Shown one piece after another: positions 41,952 through 53,950 of a stretch of 64,000 bases of DNA. Within the stretch, counting starts at the first letter, position 1, and each line of letters opens with the position of its first letter. The stretch is from Chrysomallon squamiferum (lineage: Eukaryota; Animalia; Mollusca): the NCBI GenBank assembly GCA_012295275.1, contig CM022668.1, positions 1,550,001 through 1,614,000 of the forward strand, written 5' to 3'. The position numbers and the translations under genes were made by a program. The notes below the pieces were generated by a model. That model did no database searches and was not told where the DNA came from. It was given only the letters and a program-made list of their open reading frames with translations.

Positions 41952-43200
41952 TTCCACATTTATCACTGAAATTCAACTTGACGACACTCCCAGCATCTGT
42001 TGACATCCATGATGAGATATTCCCCATGTGTAACATTCCCAGTCCAAGAACACTGGGCAGGAGTGACCCACCAGGTGGACAGATGTCCCATCAGCAGCAT
42101 CGTCACCCAGACAATCCCTGTCACTGAAGGAACGACCTCACAAGCCACCACCAGTCCTGAGTATGTGCACCCCACCCATGGAACCCCGACATGAGCGCAT
42201 TCATCCTGCAACTGTTACCTGAAATCATGGTGCATCCATTGTACAGAAATGTCATGTTTACAGAATCTGAATCACACATGTAAACTCTGGCTCTTACTTG
42301 TTGTTAGTAGAATGTGCTCAATGGAGATGTGCTGAATATTAGTATTAGTAAATTATGTTCAATAAATTTAAGTCTGTTGAAAGAAATAGTGATTATAGTC
42401 CAGTAGCTTATGTTGAAAAGTCACTATTTACTTTGCCAACTATAATTGAACTAGATTTCTATAAAGATAAATAAAATATTAAGAATGAATAATAATAAAT
42501 AAAGTTTGAAACTATTTTCCTAACACTACAACAATCACAGAGACATCTCCTGTATCAGTATTTCTTTCACCATAGATTTACTAATAAAACAAGTGAAAGA
42601 GGAAAAACAAATATCTGTGATGACCTGGCTGCTCCACAGGAACAGTGATTTCATCCCAGTTTTCTGATCATTCACTGCTCCTGCTCAGACCATCACAGAG
42701 TTGGAAAATGTGGTATTAGTCAAAATTAATGAATATATATATATATAAACTAATAATAAGAAAGTTAAAAAATAAGGAAATATATGTTATTATGCAAATT
42801 TAATATCAAACAAATGTTAGTAAAAAATTTTAAATCTCTGATTGTCTGTCTGCCCTACAGGAAAAATGACTTCATTCCAGTATTGACTGGTCACTCATTA
42901 TTCCTGCCCAGACTATCAAGGATACAAAATGTTTAACTAATTATAATAATTTATTTTTAACATCAGAATTAATTTAATGTTAATTTATTAAACATACATA
43001 GAGAAAAAAATCCATGCTGATAATACACAAACACTGAAAAGCATATCAGTATGCACAAACACACATTATAGTACATACAAACAGAAACACACACACACAC
43101 ACACACACACACACTGATACACATTAATACATACACATATACATGCTGACACATATTAGTACACACACACACATATTAATACATATACATACTGACACAT

Positions 43201-43238
<38 letters not shown>

Positions 43239-43630
43239 ACACACATATAAGTAACCATATACAAATAACAACCAGACTGACATGCTGATATCAGAGTTGT
43301 CTGTAACCATGACATATATCTACAATGGGTGCATCAATGAGATCAGGGAACACAGCAGTCCTGCATCAAAGTTCCAGGAGCAGAAGTGCACAGCCACAGG
43401 GCTGTATTATGATGACTTGTGGGGTGGGTCCTTCAGTGACAAGGACATCTGGGTGATAATACTGGTGATGTGACATCTGCTCACCTGATGGGACCTACCC
43501 ACCCAGTGTTCTTGACCTGGGAATGTTGGTTGAAGTATTACATGGAGAATACCTGATCATGTATGCTCAAAGATGACTGAGAAATTGTCATTAAAATATA
43601 TTGCTGAGTTCCAGTGATAAACATATGGAG
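41952..43630. repeat. Diverged inverted repeat pair (41952-42170 and 43386-43630)
   Basis: AACATTCCCAG..CAAGAACACTGGG, CAGATGTC, TCACCCAGA and TGTCACTGAAGGA occur in opposite orientations. Confidence 0.75.
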
Positions 43631-43741
43631 TAATGTGGTGCATGAAATGAATTGGGGGGGGGGAAAAAAAAAGAAAGAAAGAGTATTAAGAAAAAAGAGA
43701 GAAAAAACAAATTAGTTATACCTCACACTATGTCATTAACT

Positions 43742-44330
43742 GGTTTTACCACTATAACAACAACAGACATGTGGTCAATGTCTGACAACAGTATGGCTAT
43801 CATTAGTGTTTACCACTACAGCAACAACAGACATGTGGTCAATGTCTGACAACAGTATGGCTATCATTAGTGTTTACCACTATTACAACAACAGACATGT
43901 GGTCAATGTCTGACAACAATATGGTATCACTAGTGTTTTACCACAACAACAACAGCATTATATACAGTCGATGTTTGTATATGTGGGTATTGCTATTGTT
44001 TTCCACTGAAGCAACATGTGATGTGACCAATGTCTGACAAGAACTAAGAAGGTAATCACTAGTGTTCTACCACTGTTGCAATGGGTGACATGCAGTCAAT
44101 GTCTGGCAGCAATTAAAAAGGTGATTGCTAGTGTCTTATCAATGTAACAATATGTGACAAGTGTTGAAAAGGTAATCGCTCTTGTTTTACCACTGTAACC
44201 ACAGGTGAGATGTGGCCAATGTCTGACACTGAGTAAACTGGTTATCCATGCAACAGTTTTTGCATTGACAAGAACAGGTAGTATTTTGCCAATGTCTGAC
44301 AGTGATTAAAAGAGCTATTGCTAGTAATGG
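43742..44330. repeat. Degenerate 64-69 bp minisatellite, about 9 units
   Basis: Recurring core (T/C)CAATGTCTGACA and TAGTGTTT(T)ACCACT; the first three units are nearly identical (64 bp). Confidence 0.85.
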
Positions 44331-45089
44331 CCATTAGAAGAACATGTGACCTAAACCACTGAAACCTAATGAAACCTATAATACCCTGACGAAGACTTCT
44401 GAAACAGTCTCATCTCTGCTTCAAAAGGTACCACATAGAAGCAGGCTCTCAAAAGACCACTTTTCAAACATCATGTCTGAAATGAAATTCAACTTCAGCT
44501 CCATTTATATTCAAATGACCATATATTGTAATAAACTTGTGTAAGTACTACAGCAATATAATTCATAATCAATCCAGGGGTGGGGTTTGTCTATGGTATT
44601 GTACTTTCTTTCTCGATGGTTTGAGTCTCTACTGTGGAGCAACAGGCACAACTGTTGCCAATGCTGAAGAAAACTGCAAAGTGGAGTTTATAAATTTTCA
44701 ACAATTCCAATTTTGACCATATGAATCACAGATGAAATTAACTTGGGATAAAATGACATAGAGCAGGGTGTTACTGTAAGCTTGACACGTTAAACTGGTT
44801 ATTCTACTGTTCGACACTGCTGCAACAGTGGCAGATTCAGTGCAGGTGAATAGGGTATCTAGCACCTCCCTTTCCTAGGAATTTTTTGTTTTTGTTTTTA
44901 ATATTTATACCAAACATATATAGATTATTCCTTTTTTGACTAAAACAGGAATAATCTATAACAGATAACATATGACCAATGTTTTACAGTGATTAAACTG
45001 GGCATTCCTGAAATATCTGAAACCTAGTAGGTATCTCTCATATCAGATATTTTATTACTTTAAATTAAGGGGATATTTTATGATTTAAA

Positions 45090-45285
45090 AATTATTCCAC
45101 AAATCTGCTATACAAACACAAAGATATCTAAAGCATTCCACAAACATGAAGATATCAGAATTATTATGTAAACATGCCAGAAAAATATGAAGATATCTGA
45201 ATGTTCTACAAATGTGCCACACAAAAATGAAGATTCCCAAATTTATTCTACAAATCTGCCATGTAAATATGAAGTTTCTGGAAAC
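45090..45285. repeat. Degenerate approximately 40-bp tandem repeat
   Basis: Recurring (A)TGAAGATATC and TTC(C/T)ACAAAT. Confidence 0.6.
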
Positions 45286-46055
45286 TTACAAGCAAATAAA
45301 ATAATCTTTTATCCCTGTAAAACACATCATAATTTTACATAAGCTAGTATGGCAGAGTGTATTTGCCAAATGAAAATAAACTTGTTGCATAAAAAGGAAT
45401 GTTGATCTTCAACCTATCATATTTCATGGTTGCACTCTAACCAGTAAGTGTAACACATGACAAAAAGTATAAAGAAGAAAGCTAAAAAAATTACAGAGAT
45501 GAATTTGGATTATTATTTAGGGATATTATGCAAGCTACTTCAAACTATGTTCTGGGAAAACAATAGGGGCCCTTTACTGAAATCTCATGACAGAATCAAA
45601 ATAAACAAACAAATATATGATGAAAAATTAAATTAATAAATATAATAATCATGAAATAGTTTATAGAAAATATAAATAAAATAAAATAAAATAAAATAAA
45701 ATAAAATAAAATAAATTTAAAATATTTTAAAATATAAAATAAAAAATCATCAACATTGACAGAGAAATTAGAAAGAGGAAATGAGAGCAACTAGACTGAT
45801 CACACATCACTCCTGTGTGATGCATGTAAAATATCATTTGCTGTTAACTGGTAGGAATAAAACTACTAAACAGTTTGATCATCATACAAGAAAACATTAA
45901 TTTCATTCAAAGCTACTTTTTAAAAGACTTGTATATAATTCTGAAGTTCTCCATATTATTATTAATTATTATTATTATTATTTCTGAGCTAATGGTGAAG
46001 TGTCTTATTTCTTTAAATATATAATTTCATTTTTTTTTTTTTTGTTCTTTTTTTT

Positions 46056-46101
<46 letters not shown>

Positions 46102-46750
46102 ATTAAATTTAAATATTTGTATGGCAGATTGATGTGAACAAAATCCCACAGACAATATGAAATATCTGGCTAATGGTCCAATGTAGTTCAACTGAACAAG
46201 ATAAATATTTTGAAACTGGATATATAAATTATTTTTATCTATGTTTTTGTGCTGCATACATGAAAAATGTGTTGTTGATCAATATAAACGTTTATAAAAT
46301 TCTGAAATTGTGTGTCCCTTCTGTGTCAACTACCAAGTATAAATCAGCTGGAAAGTTCATTTTTATAATTATATAAAATCAACTTGACATCCCCTCCGCT
46401 GAAGTGGGCTTTCATCATCTAACAGCAAATAGCTAATAATAAACATAACCCTGTTGTAATTCAATGTATAATATAGGTTAAAATGTCAGGATCTTTACAA
46501 TAAAAACATTCCTAAAGATTTAGGTCAGTTAGATAAAAATAATATTAGGATTAAATAAAAATATCTCCTATGCACCATGCCTCAAAAATATTAAACCTTG
46601 TAATAAAGATTCCTAAGTTAAATGTCAAATGAGTGACTAGCCACTGGCCATCATCCAGGCAAGGAACCCTTTTGACAAAATGACTTGTCAGACTGACAGC
46701 TCCAGATAAAAAACAGTGTCAGCATACACAAAGAACTGACAGGTGATATT

Positions 46751-47535
46751 CCGTATATACTTGTGTATAAGTTGAATTTTTGGGAGACTATATTAAGGTA
46801 ATATTTTTGGGGTCGACTTATACATAGGTAATGCTTTTGTAGATGACTATTTTTTGCTATGGGATGCATCTAAAATAATCGCGGTCTTTCAGCTTTTCAA
46901 AAATATAATTTTATCGTATAAAAAATTTGAAAAATTAAATAACAAAACCAAATATGAATGTAAAACATGATATTCTTCCATTTAATGACATAAAAATACA
47001 TTTTAAAGCGAGAAAATCGTCAGTACGGCGTTATGCCTTACGGCGTCTTGCAATGATCTAGGAATGCAGACTTCTCTGCCAAATTGCACTAAATATCGGT
47101 CCTAATTTCATAAACAAAACTCACTTGTTTAATTGTAAAGAATTTGGTGAAATAATATTGCAATCGTCATTAATATCCACTACCGACAAATTTTGTAAAT
47201 CATAGGACGGCTAAATATAACGGTAAGTTAGGTCTCCATGTTAGACTATTACATTAAAGAGATACTATTTATGATACAGTTAGGCTATAGCTCGTGTAAT
47301 ACATGCATTTACGTTATTATGGTATGTTCGTGCAAGTTACAGCTCGTGCAAGTTATGTTACGGTAGGCGTACAATGTAGGCCTTCATGGGACTGTCACAC
47401 TGGTCTAAAAATAGTGACGGTGCCTGGAATCTACAGTCGACTTATACACAAGTAATACCTAAAATGACGCAATTTTTGGTCTTAAAATACACATCGACTT
47501 ATACATAAGGTCGCCTTGTACACAAGTATATACGG
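46751..47535. mobile_element. pogo/Tc2-type MITE
   Basis: TIR CCGTATATACTTGTGTATAAG ... CTTGTACACAAGTATATACGG followed by TA; subterminal TCGACTTATAC repeats; no ORF. Confidence 0.8.
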
Positions 47536-49510
47536 TAAGTTTACAATTAAAAGATAAAAATTTCTTTCTTTTTTTCTTTTTTTAATTTAAAAAAATAATA
47601 AAATATAAATAATATCCATTCATGTTTTTAGAAATAAATTTAAAATAAAGTATCTTTATTTTTGAATCATTCAAAGGTAATAACTTAATAGGGCTGAATT
47701 ATTATTCTCTGTATGTGGGAATAGGTTAAATTATTACTAACATTTAAATTTAAAAACTGAAAAGGCATTTTTGTACTAATGTTTCCCATACAGAATAGCA
47801 CAAATTTTAAGCATCGTTTATTAATATTTTTAATTTTGATTTGATCATATGATTTTTGAAATGATAATATATTTTAAAACCGTAACTAAATATAAATAAA
47901 ATGTTAAAAGATTTGCAGTTAAAACAACATTTATAACAAACGTGAAATTTTAATAAAGTAATTCATTACTTAACAAATGTCTCATGTAAGACAATTGTTA
48001 TGAATCAATTATTTTAAAACTACTTTGATTCATATTAATTCTGTGTTTGTGTTTCTGTAAATTGAGTTATTATTAATATACCATTGTACTTACTATGTGT
48101 TTATTATATATAAAACAAATGCAGCAGTCAAACAAAAAAATAATTTATCCAATTAAAAAGATGTATAATCTTTAAACAGTATTTTTTAACTCTGGTAATT
48201 AAATTAAGATAAAAACTACATTTAATATACTGAATTTTTTAAATTATTTTAATAAACAGATTTCTCACTTTTTTTAGTTTTCTTTATGCACGTGTGTGTT
48301 CATGTGTTTGCTTGTTTGATATAAATGGTTGTAACTGATCTTCTAGGACATTTTACTTCAAACAGAACAGCAAAAACCATGATCTTTGATTAATGTGGAA
48401 CTGAATAGTTGTTCAAAAGAGACATGCACAGATTTACAAACTAATTTTTAGTAACTTGTCAACTTTACATTAACTAACAGTCTTCCATTAGATCAATAAT
48501 TATTATTATATTGTAGTAAAATTAAACAGACCAAAAAAAAAACCACTTAAAAAAATATAATCTTGTAACTGGTGGATTGTTGAAAAGATTTAATGATGTA
48601 TGATAAACTGCATATAGCATGTTAAAAAAAAAAAATCAATAAATAAAAAGGACAAAACAGGAGGAAAAAAAAATCTTTTTAGCATTTCCAGAGTTTAAAA
48701 ACCATGAATAGCATTAAAAACATATTCATAAAAGGAAAATCAAGTGATTCTGAAGTCTCAAAAGAACGGTAAACAAGAAGTAAAACTGCTACTTCTAACT
48801 GCAATCTAACATTACTAGTATTATACAACATAAATTACTGTTGTAATAAAAAATATATTTGTTCACTTACAGAAATGTATCAGTGAATCTCAAGTCACAA
48901 GTTTTGGTAATGTCTTTCTGTTCAACATTTCAATCCTGCATTCTCTCTCTAAATGCATTTTTTTTGTTGATGGCTATAAAAATGATTGTCTTCATCCACA
49001 AAATAACTAGCAAAAGAAAAATATTCTTACTGTAAGTATAACAGATTATTAAGAAATTAGAACAAATAATTATAAAATTAAAATATAAATATAGTAAAAG
49101 CATTTTTTTTTAGGAATTCCTATTGACAAAAAATAAATGGTATAATTATTAGCAAAGCACAAAATTTAATTAATTGTAATTAATGGCAAAGTGTACTTAC
49201 CTACAGTTATGAATGTTTTCATGTTTTTCAACATTTTTATTAAAAATCGTTTTTGTTAAAATTGACTGGCTAGTAAAACTGCCTTGTCATTTCAACTGTC
49301 ATTTTCAAAATGACAAACAACTCACAGGCCAAGCCAATTGCCAGGTCTCTGTGGAGATTTAATTAAGCAGCTTCACTAATTACAACTCACACTGTATCAA
49401 TGGCCCGTTGTGTTAACCATTTCTACCATGCAATCAAAGGTTCTGAACAGTGATATCAATTCAGCTGTACCCATAAACTAATTATTATAAATAACGATGT
49501 AAGTGAACAT

Positions 49511-49567
49511 CGTGCTTCACAGCAGCTTGCTCCGATTAGCACTTTAATTTTTTTCACTTCACTTCAC
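49511..49567 (+). mobile_element. Extreme 3'-end fragment of the same LINE family
   Basis: cgtgcttcacagcagcttgctccgattagcac-ttaattttttt matches the family 3' end; possible AAGTGAA TSD (49501-49507 and 49569-49575). Confidence 0.65.
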
Positions 49568-50029
49568 CAAGTGAAATTTTTGTTTAATTTGTTCGTTTGG
49601 TTATTTTTGTTATTCTTATTTATTTATTTATTTATTTATGTGTTTTGTAAGTGTGGGCGAGCGCGTGGGCGTTCTGTTTGTTATTATTATTATTTCTTTT
49701 TTTAGTTCATCATGTCATTGATTGTTAAACATTGAACATGGATCAATAAATTCCAGTTGAAAAACACATGATCGCTTTGGTTACCAAATGCTGTAGCCAA
49801 CTGTAATATCAAAATATAATAATGAAACAAAATAATAATAAATGTATTTCTAAAATGTCATGACACACGCTGTATTTTGAAGTAATTTTCTGCCACATCT
49901 ATGAAAACTGCGCTGTCTGATACTCCTCTATTATTATCATTAAAGTAATTCACTGCAGGCGCAGTAAAAACGGTCACCAGTTTGTAAGTTATGACTTTCA
50001 CTAGTCTTTTATTTACATTTTTTTTTTTT

Positions 50030-50085
<56 letters not shown>

Positions 50086-52638
50086 AATATCAAAATCATT
50101 TTAAAAAAGTAAAAATTTAAAAAAAGTTAATTGCCGTTCTTGATAATATTTTACTGAAACTCATCACGTCTTACAATAAATAAATATAAAATAAATAATA
50201 CAATATAGGAAAGTTAATTGAATTATGGTCATTCATTGATCATCGGGCATATTAAAAATACAATAAACAAAATGTCTACGATTATTCATTTTAGTTTCTT
50301 TTTCTTCTTCTTCTTTTTTTTTTTTTTTTCTATTATTATTATTATTAAAAGAGGCTTTTAATATTAATTTAATCCATATTTAGTGCGCACTCAGAAATGC
50401 CGATAATTCAAAGAACTGGTAATTTCTAAAAATCTGTTTTATAACCGTTTTTTCTGTTTGTTTGTTGTTATTGATTTTGTTGGTGTTTTTTTTTTTTTTT
50501 TTTTTTTTTTATCTTTTAGATACATGTCAGTTAATACACATATTGTATGATCTAAAAACAGAGATGTTTTTTTGAATTTTCAACAGCCTTCATGTAAACA
50601 TGTTTGAGCAATAATCCTTCCTAAATTGTTTCAAGATAGAACCTTTAGCTTATTATTAGTCAGCGGTAAAGTTTTCTAAGACAGCTGAGTAATGTAATAC
50701 GTCTGTAATACTATGGATCTACATGTTTTATGTGTTGTCCAGTTATGTCTTCTTGTTTTACCTTCTTGTATTGTTTACCGAACTTTGAAAGTCGTTGTTT
50801 GTAAACCATTGTTTTCCTAATTTTGTAAGCTCTTCAGTCCTCCGTGTATTTTATACTCAGTATTTTATTATTTCATTTTTTATATTATTTTTTCTTTTCT
50901 GTTTTTTTTTTTTTTTGAAACTCAGTATGGAACTGGCATAAAAAATGAACAAGACTTTCTTAATTGGACTAATATTATAACTACCATCCCATATAAAAAA
51001 AAGAAAGAAAGAAGGAAAATCTATATTTTCTGCAAGGAAGAATATGTTTCAGTCTAAGCTATACAAAGTAAATAATGTTTTCAGTTCTGTACTTTACTTG
51101 TTGATCAGTTATAATGTATGTGTGTATCGTTCTATACATCCAAGCAGTGGTGCAAACCTAAATTCTACATATCTGCATAATCCTTTTTTACATTACATTA
51201 CATTCATATGTATATTAGTAATTATAAATCTAAAATAACGATTATGTCTGAAATAAAATAATTAATAGTTATGAAGTTTATTATTTAAAACAGCATTTTA
51301 TCATGTTCCACTATGAGATACATAGCTAAAAATGTTATTGTGTTTCATTACCGATAATTAACAGTTTTAATAAATTGAAAGGAATAATTAAATACCGAAG
51401 AAAAGCATTGCCAATGACTGAAATTGGGCAGAATATTTTAATTTCCAGTCTTACCCAATACAAGGTACAAATAATATATCCAAACAGGTAAAATGAATTA
51501 AGCAACATTACATTTCTTCCAGACCCCCCCCACTGAGGCTGATGTATGTATGTATTAGATGAAATGCAACAACTGACAAATGACAATAAAAACTAAATAT
51601 ATAATAATAAAATAAAAGTCAACAAAGAAAACTTTTAACATTTTTTATTTATGTAACTTAAATAAAGTAAAATTTATAAACAAATTTTAACCTGAGCTTG
51701 TAACTAAACATAACAGTGGAATAATAATAAAGAAAATAAATACTATTTTTAAAAATAACTTTAAAATGCAAAATTTAATAAAACTGCTTTCTCATTATAT
51801 TTAGCAAATTATATTAATAATAAGAATAACACCTGTGATAACAGTAACAACAACATTTCCATCTTCACTAAAAATAGTGAGTTGATAATGGCTGTGATAA
51901 ACTTTGTAAACTTAAAAGCAAAACATTGTTTAATTCAGATCTGGTTTTATCTTCTTAATCAACTAAACACAGTAAACATCTTTAACATAATTAATATAAT
52001 GTCAGCCAAACAAAAAAAACAACAAAAAATAAAAGTATTTAGTTTGAAACTTTTGAATTATTGAGATATTTTACAAACTTCATTATTGTAAATAAAGAAA
52101 AACATCTTCATACATAAAATCACTGCTGTGTATTCTGGTTTTCTCTGTTCTCTGGCAAAGTGAAAACAAATTTTCTTTACCTGCAAAAGTAAAAATAAAA
52201 TAAATGTGGCAAAATGGAAGTTCCTATAATTAAAATCTCCCCATCGTGCTGCCTAAGTGTATTTCTGTATCAGTGATCATATGAAGACAATAAACAGTAT
52301 AAAATTGGATTGATCCATCTAACATTAAAAATAATAATGTAAATGTATCTGTCTCTATTAGAATAGGTTTTAAACATAAACTAAGACAAAAATAAAAATT
52401 TTACCATTTAAGTTATATTATTATACAACATAGAAAGGTATGAATATAACAATATATCATGAGTCATGTTTTGGAACTTTGGAACTTATTAAATATTTCA
52501 CAAATTCCATATCCCTGCCTTAGTATTATTAATATTTTATCTGTATAAAAATAATGCAAAGTATATTCCATGACAGAGTTATAATAAAAAATAAAAACAA
52601 TTTTGAGTCAGTTTACCAGTTTTAATGATGTTGTCAAA

Positions 52639-52701
52639 CTATTTTTTACGACCACTTGATGGTCCTTCCTTTTGTGTAATGCTGTAGCGTGGACTATCAA
52701 A
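52639..52701 (-). CDS. Candidate terminal exon B ([20 protein letters not shown])
   Basis: Strong acceptor tttctgtttttcag, phase 0, TAG at 52641-52639. Confidence 0.4.
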   Translation of the reverse strand, partial: FDSPRYSITQKEGPSSGRKK

Positions 52702-53888
52702 CTGAAAAACAGAAATAATCCAAAATAAGCTAGTTATTTCTTAACTATATATATGTGAGTTGTGCATTATGAAAATGAATGTGTAGAGGAAAGAAACATA
52801 ATTGTGAAAATAAAGGACACGGTTTCCTAGTTGGAGGATCACACTGCCTAAAGAGTAACTTTGAAAATATTGTATGAATTTTACAACTAGATCAGATGCA
52901 AATCAGACAATATGTATACATGTGCACAGTGAAATGCAGTTTGGTTCACAGATGCTGTTAGTAAACAAATGTCCAGCATGACAGACTGTAACTAAAAAGT
53001 GAATAACTTCCCAGTTTGGCAAGTACAGCTTCCAGCTGACACAGGATTGTGTTTTCAATTCGATCCACTACTTTTCCTCCTTTAGAATAGTTTTTATATC
53101 AATCACTTAAAATACTATTTTAAGTGGGGCTTTTTGTTTTTGTTTAATTTTTCAGTTGTGAAATAACTCCATATCCAATTGTTCCCAGTTTGGCCCCCAC
53201 CGAATAGCTTAAAAAACCTGAATAGCTTTTAAAACGTCTATGACACAGGATTGTGTTTTTAATACAGTAATAATGTAGTAATTTGATCCAGTTCTGTATT
53301 TCACTAATGACAAAACCACCAGGTCATCATATGACAGTAACCCCCACCACCCATACAGTATTCCTGATGATTGCCTCATCACTCTCGCAACATATAGCAC
53401 TAATGTCTGAACGTTTCTTAATTTAAAGGAAACAGTCCTCCTTTAGAATCCTTCTTCAGTGATTTCTGTCATTGAAATATAGTAAAAACATAAATCACAT
53501 TTTTACATCAAAAATACGTACTTAAATACTATTTTAATATTGTTTGGGGTTTTTTGTTTTTTGTTTAATTTTTCAGTTGTGAAATAACTCCATATCCATG
53601 ACAAACAAAATATTTTAAAATAAATTTACAAAGATTTATCAAAATCTGTTGGTGAACTGATTGGAATGAGAAACATGACATATGTTGTGTAAAATCATTT
53701 CTTACTCACTTAATTTATGAGAAAGCACACAGTTTTCTACAGCAGTCACACACTTATAAAAATTACCTTTTGTTTTTCCAGATCCTTCTGCATCCGTTTC
53801 CTTTCTTCATTGTCCAGAACTCTGTTACCATCATAGTCATACTTAGCAAACATTGCCTGGATATCCTCATCAGCATAACCACAGCTGC

Positions 53889-53950
<62 letters not shown>

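Noticed and set aside
43742-44330. CRISPR-like array (conserved core with variable spacers)
   Set aside because: Eukaryotic context, the intervening sequences are homologous to each other, and no cas genes are present
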